A stretch of 64,000 nt of DNA from Eledone cirrhosa (lineage: Eukaryota): contig OZ024740.1 in the NCBI GenBank assembly GCA_964016885.1, positions 419,058,001 to 419,122,000 of the forward strand, written 5' to 3'. Made by a program: the position numbers and the translations under genes. Positions 1 to 10,578 of this stretch are shown here, in pieces. How positions within the stretch are numbered: position 1 is the first letter of the stretch; each line of letters begins with the position of its first letter. The notes under the pieces were generated by a model. It saw nothing but the letters and a program-made list of their open reading frames with translations, did not search any database and was not told the origin of the DNA.

Positions 1-27
1 GACTGATTGGAGCAATAACAATCCCAT

Positions 28-135
<108 letters not shown>

Positions 136-1173
136 CAACATACCACTAACCATTTTGCTCAATTCTTCCTCCCCAGAGCATCTGTCCTCAGGAAATTTTT
201 TCCCTACTCCTGTTATTCCTACAACCATCAACTTGCAATTATTCAGTCTTGGAGTCTATGTGAAGGCCATGCAGTAGTTCCTTCTAATTAATCCATTTTT
301 TATTTTTTAACTAAAAGATAAACCTTGAAGTTAGTATTCTACCTTGGAGTTCTAGAATGTTGTCAGCACAGAAGAGTTTGAATATAATGAAGACAGAAGA
401 AAAAGAAGAAATAGCAGCTAAACCTTCATTATTTTTAACCTGCTTTGACAAGCTCTTCATATGATATAACCTCACAAGGTTTAGAGAATAAACAAAACAA
501 TATCAAAAACATTTAACATAAGAGCAACCAATTAGATTTAATAGAGAGGTTGCCCAGTACTCCTCGTGACGCTGCTGTCTTTTGCTCTGGTGTTGGCTCG
601 GTTGTTCACCCCTTCCTTTACATTTTCTTTAATATTGCAACATTAAAGGAATATATCCTTCTGAAAGAATCGCGAGCAATTTATAATGTTATCTAAGCAT
701 TCGTAATGTTATTTATGTATATATTTAAAACATATTTGTTATGTTATTCTACTGTAAATTTATTTATATGCTTTGTATATATAAAAAATGCATGTTATAC
801 AGACGGAATTTTTTTAAAAAGCCATGTAAGACTATATATTTGTGATTTCTATGTCTTAAGATTCCAGTGAACGGGTTTATGTACAATTTATTTAAATCTA
901 ATTGCTTGCTGATATGTGAAATGATTTTTGATATTGTTTTGATAAACCTTGTGAGCTTAAATCACATTTATATCTTATTTATTCTATGTAAGTTTGCTGA
1001 AGATATACAGTTTGTATGAAACATATATGATGTAGTTAATTGTTGATTAATAATTTCCTGTTGTTCTACAAATGCATGTGACATTATAACCATAGAAATG
1101 AAGGAATAAAAATATATAATTTCATATCCTTGAGTTTTTTCATATCCTTGAGCTTTTTCATATATATATATTT

Positions 1174-1306
1174 ATTTATTAAACTAACAGATTAAAGTTT
1201 AAGCAAAGAATCGCTGCTTTCACCCTTAGTGGGATCTTCTGAAGATCCCATTAAGGGTGAAACCAGCAATTTTTTGCTTAAACTTTAATCTGTTATTTTA
1301 ATAAAT
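1174..1306. repeat. ~66-bp-arm palindrome, probable Penelope-like terminal remnant
   Basis: Near-perfect inverted repeat centred on T1240 (gggatcttc-t-gaagatccc). The right half reads CTGAAGA-TCCC-attaa-GGGT-GAAAC, a hammerhead-like core. Confidence 0.7.
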
Positions 1307-1743
1307 ATTTGCTCTAGAGTATATATTTGATATATATTTTCCTTATCGAGCCCTCTTTGGATTTTAGTCTTCCCATTTATTATTATTACTATATCATCAT
1401 CATTGTTTAACGTCCATCTTCCACGCTTGCATGGGTTTGGACGGGAGTTTTCCCACTTGAGGCAAGATTGGTTGTCCTGCTCGTATAGGACTGTCTGGCG
1501 GGTTTTCTACGGCTGGATGCCCTTCCTAACACCAACCACGTTTACAGTGTGGACTGGGAGGTTTTTACCGTGTTACCTACACGGCCACATTACAGCGTGG
1601 ACTGTGTGTTTTTTTTCGTGACACCTACACGACCACATTTATTTCGGACTGGATGTTGTGGTACCAACATAACTTTACATCGAAAGGGGTGGTGTGGATG
1701 GGGTGGGCGTCGTGGGACGGGGGTGTATTTTTGTTAGAGGTGC

Positions 1744-4130
1744 CTACTGACTGTAGCTTTGTTCTTGGGCAAAGCGGGTCTTCTGTATTACTGTGTAGCG
1801 CCAAAGATCTCGGTCCAGTGACATTGTCTTGGAGAGGTGTAAGTGTGTGAGGTCGGAATTTATCAAGTCGTCCCAGTTTTTTCTGGGTCTGCCTACTCCG
1901 TGGCTACTGTCTATTTTTATCGCCCTGCACTTTTTTATACAGCTGTCGTCTTTCATGCGCATCACGTGATCATACCAACGTAGTCTTCTCTCAAGTAAAC
2001 AACATCTGATTCCTCTTATTCCTAATTTCTCCCTTAGTTCATTTATGCTTTGCCGTTCATGTATATTACTATTACACATCCAACGGAGCATGCAAGCTTC
2101 GTTCCTCTCCAGTCTGCGTATATCCTCTGCACACAATGCCCAGGTCTCACTGCCATGTAATATTGCTGTTCGTATGCAGGTATCATACAGCCTGCCTTTC
2201 ATTTTTAGAGAGAACCCTTTAGCGGACAATAGTGGTATTAGCTCTCTGAACTTTTTCCATCCCGTTCTGACTCTAGCTACTGTACTTTCAGAGCACCCTC
2301 CACCACTGCTGATTTTGTCACCCAGGTAACAGAAGGTGTCCACTATTTCTGTAGAACCATCTGTGCAATGGAATGAGCTAGTATTCTGTGGGCACTTGCT
2401 GCTACTTATTGCACCAGAGCACCGGCCACATATAAAATCTATATTATTAGTTAGCTTACCTGTGATCCCACTACATCTTTTATGCACCCATACTTTGCAT
2501 TTGGGACATAAAATGGAGTTTCTGCCTACTCCTTTCCTACACACTGAACATGGCCATTTCCCAGATGGGACCAGTGCCCTATTTTCCTTCCTACAAACTA
2601 GAACTTTAGTCTTAGACAGGTTAATTTTGAGGCCTTTTGATTCTAGGCCATGCTTCCATGTTTGGAATTTCTTCTCTAGTTCAGCCATTGATTCAGCTAT
2701 GAGTGTTAGATCATCTGCATATAGAAGTTCCCATGGGCAGCCGGTCTTGAACTCCTCTGTTATAGCCTGAAGGGCAATAATAAATAGTAGGGGGCTAAGG
2801 ACGGAGCCCTGATGAACACCAACTTTTACGCTAAATTCGTCACTATATTCGTTGTTATTTCTAACCTTGCTGACTGTTTCTTTATACATGGCTTGTATAG
2901 CTCTCACAAGCCATTCATCAACACCTAGTTTTCTAAGGGCCCACCAGATAATCGAGCGGGGGACTCTGTCAAAGCTTTCTCCAAGTCAACAAAAGCTAAG
3001 TATAGGGGTTTACTTTTAGCTAGGTACTTCTCCTGTAGTTGTCGTACAATGAAAAGAGCATCTGTTGTACTTTTACCTGACACAAACCCGAACTGCATTT
3101 CATCTAGATCAATTCGCTCTCTGATTAGTTGCGCTATAACTTTGTCTGTGACCTTCATGACCTGGTCGATTAATTTAATGCCTCTATAGTTTCCCCTATC
3201 TAGGGCATCTCCTTTACCCTTGTAGCAGTTAATGATGATGATGCTGCGCCAGTCCTTCGGAACGACCCCATTCTGTATGACTTGGTTAACTATGCGGGTG
3301 ACCATGGTGTGTCCCACCGTGCCAGATGCTTTCAGCATTTCAGAACTATTTCCAAAGGCCCAGCCGCCTTGCCTGTCTTCATGTCTTTGATCGCCTTACT
3401 TATTATACTACCTTCAACTTGCACTGCTGGTCCCTCTATTGGATCGATGTGGGGGAGACTGTCTTTCTCCCAATTATTCTCCTCATTTAGTAGCCTTTCG
3501 TAGTGACACTTCCAAGCTACCTTCTTATCAGTGTCAGTGATGGCAAGTACACCATCATCATTAAGGACACACTTCTTCCCGACAATATCACGGTTTTCCT
3601 TGACACATTGCCTAGCAATCCTGAACACCTCACGTTTTTGGTCCTCGCGTTGTAGAACATGCTTGAAATTTCTGTCCTCTGCTTCTCTTCTTGCGAAGTA
3701 CACTTGTCTCCTAGCTTCCCTCCTGGCCACTTGATAGTCTTCTCTACTTCTCCCATCCCGCCATGCTTTCCAAGCCTGCTTTTTGGCCTTGATTGACTCC
3801 TCCACCTTACTGTTCCACCACCAAGTTACTCTCCTCCTGCCTATAGGTTTGCTCCAGCCACAGGTTTCATCTGTCACCTTCAGCAGGTTAGCTTTCAGGA
3901 ATTCCCACTGTTCCTCTATATTGTACGACTCTAATTGCTCTTCCTTACTATCAAAAGCATCAAGTAATATGCTTTTAAATATTTACTGGCTGTGGGGTCC
4001 TTTAACTTCCATATTTTTCTCCTGAGGATAGTCCTCTTCTGTTGTCGAGTACTCTGGCATGTTCCCCTGATCTATAGGTGATCAAGTGATTGTCTCGTTT
4101 CTTGAAATTAGTGTTACAGATAGTTAGGTT
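1744..4130 (-). pseudogene. RTE ORF 3' part (linker, RT, Cys-rich insert, C-terminus), frameshifted
   Basis: ORF pieces 3332-3877, 2925-3338 and 1744-2907 are collinear parts of one RT polyprotein. The APE C-terminus appears deleted near 4055, where ITYRSGEHA joins the linker. Confidence 0.9.
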
Positions 4131-6226
4131 TGTAGCAGTTGCCCCCTTGTTGTGACACTCACAACACCATCTAGACAGGAAGTAGAACCCTTTCTGTAAC
4201 TTCCGATCAGAACCCTATAAAACTAACAACTTTAAGTTCTCACTCTCTCTTTAGCTCTTCCGGCGCCTGGCCCTCGCCAGGCGTCTTCTGCCAGCAGTGT
4301 TTGCCTGGCAATCAAAACGGTAACTACTAACTTTGCTTCATTCTTTCGTTTATTCATTGACATGTCAACTATACTGTTAAATTGTTGATTAAATATTATA
4401 CACACAAACCATGTCTCCTTGTTACATTCATACACACGAGTTCTCCGCTATATTGGTAACCCTGACGTGATACGAACACGCAGCCGTTCACTGTTATAAG
4501 TGGTCACCCCGAAAAAAAGAAAAAAATAGCGGAATCTGGTGTTGTGTGAGTAACATTACGAATACACAGCAAATTTATTGACAAACTATGAAAATACTCA
4601 GTCAAAGAAACGCACACACGCACATGTGAAACTTTCGTGCAGACACTCTTTTTCCCTAACGCAGCCACTAACTGTCGCAGTTTGCTGTATATATATATAT
4701 GTTTCTCCAAGAAACGAACACACCACGCACATGTGAAATTCGCGTTCAGACAGATTTTTTCTCTCACGCATCAACTAACTGTCGCATTTCACGATATATA
4801 TATGTTTCTCGTTTCTTACAACGAACACTTTCAAAACAAAAAAAAACAAAAAAACAAATTTGATATTTTTTTTTTAAAAACATTTCAACAGGAACATTTA
4901 TTTTCGATGAACCATTTTTTTTTTCTTCGTTTTCTTCATCGTTCAAGTTTTTTTTCAAAGTTCACACCAATAATTATGCTAAGTGAAGCCTTTCTTTTTC
5001 ATCATTGTCACTTTCACACACACATTTTTTCAAAATGGCTGCCAACGACCTGTTGCACTTTCATTTTCTCGCGCGTTAGAAATATTATTTTTTTCAACCT
5101 AACTTAACCTTGTATTGGCACGTGTAGGCAGCACAAATTCTCAACTCACGGAGATATCTCGACTCACAGAGATAGCCGCACGCCAGAGATAACGTTTCTC
5201 GCCAAGGATTCTTCAGCCTTAAGCTATATTCTCCTATTTGCCGGTTTAAAAATTTACCACGTAAATTTGCCGTTGAAGACTGCGCATTTATTCAGAATGC
5301 TTATTTCTTTGGTCGCTGGCCTCTTGACCATTCCAGGTCAACGCATTCTCAACATCGACCATCAACTTCGGCTGTTATTTCTAACACTTTGCGCAACTCA
5401 TTTTTTCCTAAAAAATTTTTTATTACTGTGAATTTAAACACCGAATACGCTCACTCCGCGAGACAACAACATCAACATCAACACAGCTTCACCAACAACC
5501 AAAACCAGCAGAACAAGCCAGAGAATTTATTTTTGCAGCACTCTTCCTGTGAGAAAATCCATTCGGAGGTTGGAAATTTCACGATATACCACAGAACAGA
5601 AACCACCTGCATTCATTCTCTGGAACACACTTTCTTTCCTGCTGTCATGTGGTTGCACACCTGTGAACTATATTTTGTACATTTGAACTTTGAGCTCTTC
5701 TCTTACTTTGTTACATTGTATCTTTAGGTGATGGATAGATAGATGTCCAGTCGTTCTCTGGCCAAGAGCAGTTGGCTACCTTGATATCTATCATTGATTT
5801 TTGCAAACATTCTTTTGTCGTAATTTTCATGCCTGTTACAACATTCTCGCCAACTTGCTACATATTTCATTCGATTTTTATATTCTAAAATTCTGGCGGG
5901 AGGTTATCTAGCAGTTGCCTCCCTTGTTGTGACACTCACAACACATCTAGACAGGAAGTAGAACCCTTTCTGTAACTTCCGGTCAGAACCCTATAAAACT
6001 AACAACTTTAAGTTCTCACTCTCTTTTGCCTTTCCGGCGCCTGGCCTTCGCCAGGCGTCTTCTGCCAGCAGCGTTTGCCTGGCAATCAAAACGGTAACTA
6101 CTAACTTTGCTTCATTCTTTCGTTTATTCATTGACATGTCAACTATACTGTTAAATTGTTGATTAAATATTATACACACAAACCATGTCTCCTTGTTACA
6201 TTCATACACACGAGTTCTCCGCTATA
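4131..6226 (+). mobile_element. Non-autonomous LTR retrotransposon, copy 1 (LTRs 4131-4452 and 5907-6226; TSD GGTT)
   Basis: ~320-bp direct repeats ending GCTATA; PBS from 4454; purine tract GGCGGGAGG 5895-5903; GGTT at 4127-4130 and 6227-6230; no gag/pol ORF recognised. Confidence 0.95.
4454..4489 (+). promoter_or_regulatory. Extended tRNA-Trp primer-binding site
   Basis: TGGTAACCCTGACGTGAT versus the canonical tRNA-Trp PBS TGGTGACCCCGACGTGAT (from memory); complementarity continues through the T-arm. Confidence 0.85.
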
Positions 6227-6730
6227 GGTTATTTGCGTCACAGAATTCCAGGATTCTGGAGCCTTCCTCATTTCTAGTACCAAACCCATAACCTCCATGG
6301 ATTCCGTCATAGCCGTCACAATGTTGTCCAACGTGACCATTTAGGTCGCCAGCAATAATTATGTAGTCACTGTCGGTTATTTGGGAGGTAGTGAGCATTA
6401 ATGACTCATAGAATCTGTCTTTTATAACGCCAGGCAGTCTGGATTGGGGTGCGTACGCAGATGTTACTGTCACAGTAGTTCTATTTAGGGCAAGTCTTAT
6501 TTTAATTATTCTTTCGTTCACTCTATTTACGTCTATTATCTTATCTGCCCATTTTTCAGCTAGCATGATTCCTACTCCACCCAGCCATTGTCATTTCTCA
6601 TTCAGAAAAGCTTATAGCATCGTTCTTTACCCACAATGAATCTAGCAGACCCACCCCTCCACCTGGTCTCTTGAACACAGCAAACATCGACCTCCTTACG
6701 TTCAAGCATTTCTACAACCTCGTTAGAGTG
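6227..6730 (-). pseudogene. RTE ORF 5' part (APE endonuclease)
   Basis: SNEVVEML..VQETRW..(stop)..GVGIML..SAYAPQ..GDLNGHVG..EFCDANNL. Removing 4131-6226 plus one GGTT restores EFCDANNLTICNTNF. Confidence 0.9.
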
Positions 6731-7313
6731 ACGGCAAAGCATAAATGAATTGAGAGAGAGACTGAGCATAAGAGGAATCAAACGCTGTGTGCAGGAGAGG
6801 CGGTTGCGTTGGTATGGACATGTGATGCGTATGAAGGATGACAGCTGCATAAAAAGGTGCAGAGCACTAGAAGTCGATGGAAACCGCGGAGTGGGGAGAC
6901 CCAAGAAGACCTGGGATGAGGTTTTAAAAGCCGACCTTACCCAATTACACCTCTCAAAGGTGATGGCACACGACCGTGACCTCTGGCGTCACACAGTAAT
7001 ACAGAAGACCCGACCCCCACGGGTACAAGCCGAAGCTGAAGCATATAGACAATATGCCCCCACACCCTCCCACTGCAAACTGGTCATGGAGGTGCCACGG
7101 CAAAAAAGGACCCAGCCCACACTGTAAAGTGGACGTGTAGGCGCCACGGAAAAAAAAGCACCCAGCACTCACTGTAAATGAGGTTGGTGTTAGGAAGGGA
7201 ATCCAGCTGTAGAAAGCAAGCCAGAATCAGTTCCCGGACACTGCCCACAACAGGACAACCCATGCTAGCATGGAAGAACGGACGTAAAACGGTAATGATG
7301 ATGATGATGATGA

Positions 7314-7317
<4 letters not shown>
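6731..7317 (+). mobile_element. 5'-truncated RTE LINE 3' fragment of a different subfamily
   Basis: ORF 6750-7127 (RRLRWYGHVMRM..GRPKKTW) is homologous to, but diverged from, the C-terminus of 1744-2907; ends in (atg)n. Confidence 0.9.
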
Positions 7318-7401
<84 letters not shown>

Positions 7402-7536
7402 TCTAATATTCTAGTATAGTAACCACCAGAAATGATGAGATTTATATTTTTAAAGAAAGATTTTATATAACCCATGCTAGCGTGGAAAATGGACGTTAAA
7501 CGAAGATGATGATGATGATATATATATATGAATGTA

Positions 7537-7611
<75 letters not shown>

Positions 7612-8076
7612 CAAAAATCTGTTAGGCGATATTTTGAACAATGAACTTGAAAAAATATCTAAGAGCAACTTCATAAGACATCTTGATAGGAAATAAATAG
7701 GAAGTTTTGTTGAGATTCCAAATCCAATATACAAGCCTGAAGCTAATATACATCTATCTTTTTCCATATATACAATATAGTAAACCACACCTTCAAACCC
7801 TCAAGATATATTGTGTCTTTCACTATATATACAATCTTTTGTCTGAATTTCTAATGTTTTTTTTTCATGCTACCATTTTTACAAACACCATATTTTGCAG
7901 CATTTTCAAAGAATCAATTGATTTCACAGAGACATTTTTAGAAAGCTTTCTTATGCTGCTTTCTTTTTAAATACACCCACCACAGGCACACACCTATGTA
8001 TGTACACACACACCCATATATATATATCAACAATGGATAAAAGCAAAAATCCCTGAGAAAAAATATTCTGCATGCA

Positions 8077-8164
<88 letters not shown>

Positions 8165-8284
8165 GAGAGAGAGAGAGAGAGAGAGAGATTGATATATGAT
8201 ATATAAGGATCATGCAGCTCAATGTGAGAATTTAAGCTAAAAATCAAAGACCTCAGAGGAGCTGCACACTGCTTATATACAGTG

Positions 8285-8315
<31 letters not shown>

Positions 8316-8317
8316 AT

Positions 8318-8866
8318 ATATTGTTATACTTGGGGAGGGTCATATTGTTTTAATATTGCCAGAAATAATAACTGAACACACTCACTGGTTGGTTGGATTT
8401 TGCTTCTGTATCTTTTATATCTCGATAGTTAATTTATTTGGCAGTCAATGTTTATCATTGATTGACCAGTGGTTAAGAATACAGATATAAATATATATAT
8501 ATATATAGTCTATCAAAGTTCTTTCGTTGCACATCTGCAACATCATCAGTAGTACTATTATGTTCCCTAGACATTACAATATAATAGAAGGAACATAATA
8601 ATACCACTGATGATGTTGCAGATGTGCAACGAAAGAACTTTGATAGACTATATATATATTTATATCTGTATTCTTAACCGCTGGTCATTCAATGAGAAAC
8701 ATTGATTGCCAAATAAATTAACTATAGAGATATAAAAGATACAGAAGCAAAAACCAACCAGTGAGTGTGTTCAGTTATTATTTCTGGCAATATTACAACA
8801 ATATGACCCTCCCCAAGTATAACAATATTTGTTTTGACACACGATTTCATATCAAAAACCTTGCAA

Positions 8867-8870
<4 letters not shown>
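8318..8870 (+). mobile_element. Short Penelope-like element: inverted terminal-region pair plus tail
   Basis: 8318-8566 is an inverted copy of 8590-8828, followed by a ~42-bp tail; homologous to 21170-21491; flanked by (TA)n. Confidence 0.85.
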
Positions 8871-8925
<55 letters not shown>

Positions 8926-9067
8926 TTAGGTTAATAGGAGTTAGGTATTGTATACCCGTGTCCCATTAAGGTATTGGCAGCATAATAATTAGCTCTATGC
9001 TTTGGAGCAGAGCCGTATATATGAAAAAGAACACAAGAGCGTCTACAACATCAAAAGATTTTTATTG

Positions 9068-9112
9068 GCTTACAATGTTTCTTCCTTACGTAACCGTAGG
9101 ATTCGTCAGAGC
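9068..9112 (-). ncRNA. Minimal type I hammerhead ribozyme (left arm)
   Basis: Reverse complement of 14033-14077. Confidence 0.65.
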
Positions 9113-10578
9113 TATAAAAGGGGTTTGATTGGTGTTATGGACTCTACCAACCAAACATTCAAGAACAAAGAGTAAAGAGAGTAAAGAGCAAAAGTAGGGG
9201 ACGATGAGTCTAATTTTGGTGCGGGAGGGTGGGGTGTGGGTCCTTGTTTACTAGCTGTGGTCATATTCATTCCCGGGAGTCGAGTGGTTAGCTGAACCAT
9301 AGATGGGGTGGCGTCGATAGTATGGTGCAGAGGGCGTGCAGAGGCTACACAAACACAAAGGGCATACAATATATATTAATAGTGTATAATAAGGCATGGG
9401 GAAGATTACACTATAATAAGGTATAAAAGTAAGAATATGGTAAAATATAAAGGAGGATAAAAGTGGAAATAATAAAGATTAAAAAATATATATATGTAAA
9501 AAAATATATATATGTAAAAAAATATATATAGAGAATATATAAAGAAATATAAGCGAATATTTGGAGGGGAAAACACAATGTAAAAAAACCGATTTTTTCA
9601 AATAAAAATAAAAATATAATAATTATGGGGGGAGAAAACGGGATAGAGAAATAGGATCAAATGTGATTAGTTGAGAGAATATAAGATGATAATAGTTATG
9701 TCAAGTTTATACATCTTAATAATAGATAATCTGTGTATCAGAGTTACAGAACCTTCAATTCACTTACAGGTTCAAGCCACGTGGCATAGACCATTGTTTA
9801 TCTGTGCGGTCATGCGCGTTTGTTTTTGACACCACAGCAGATGCACAAGTTCGTAAATTCCAATGCAGATAGAAATCTATTTTTGCTCACCCGGACATTG
9901 ACGGAGGATCCAATATTCCTAGTTCAATATGTGTGCGTGCATTGTATGCATGTATATTGTATATATATATATGTATATTGTATGCATGCGTATTATATTG
10001 TGTGTATGTGTATATGTGACATGTATGTGAATATATGTATGTATGCGTATGTGTGTGTATGTGTATTTGTCAGTGTATGATGTGTGTATATATGTGTATA
10101 TGTATGTATACTTTTCTGTAGAAATCCTCTCTATATGTGGTGTGTGGCACGAATTCCTCCTATAATACTCTTCTTTGAGAGGAGCACGATATGCAGAGTA
10201 ACACATATGTATTGTCGAAGTTGAAACTGAGAACCACCACCCCTCCTGCTAACCCAAATGTTTACTGAGGAACAGAACACCATTCTCCGCAATATAAGAG
10301 CGAAATGCGCTTGCCGGACTATTGATGACCATAACATCACATTCCAAGGTAATTGCAAAACACAGTGAATGCTATGCACGACCAGAACACCACAACATGC
10401 ACATCTGAGCAACACAGATATAATATCAATAGGCGAATCAACTGAATTTTTTGAGTTGAAATACATATGGATATGTGTCTGTGTGTATCGGACACACGTA
10501 CACATAAAGAAGCTGCTGACCTAAATGTACCTGTCATGCCTGTCTGAATTCCTAAGGGAATTTTCGACCAGTTGCTGT

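Larger units (their letters stand above)
1394..6730 (-). mobile_element. RTE-clade non-LTR retrotransposon (APE endonuclease + RT), decayed and interrupted by an LTR element
   Basis: APE motifs VQETRW, SAYAPQ, GDLNGHVG; RT motifs QFGF, AFVDLEKA, GVHQGSVLSP, LLYADD; C-terminal RRLRWYxHV..GRPRKxW; 3' UTR ends cccatgcaagcgtggaagatggacgttaaac-(atg)n at ~1394-1435. Confidence 0.95.

Noticed and set aside
150-256. Minus-strand frame RLNNCKLMVVGITGVGKK resembling a P-loop/Roc start; possible splice signals at 343-660
   Set aside because: GKK rather than GK[S/T], very short, no supporting exons.
4232-5727. Short ORFs inside the LTR element, also at 11194-11460 and 27096-27314
   Set aside because: Frames are not conserved between copies and no gag/pol motifs were recognised.
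7178-8247. YIYI/SLSL ORFs
   Set aside because: Translations of microsatellites.
9112-9369. 85-aa ORF present twice (also 13776-14033)
   Set aside because: Duplication reflects the inverted arms; non-ATG start and no recognisable domain.
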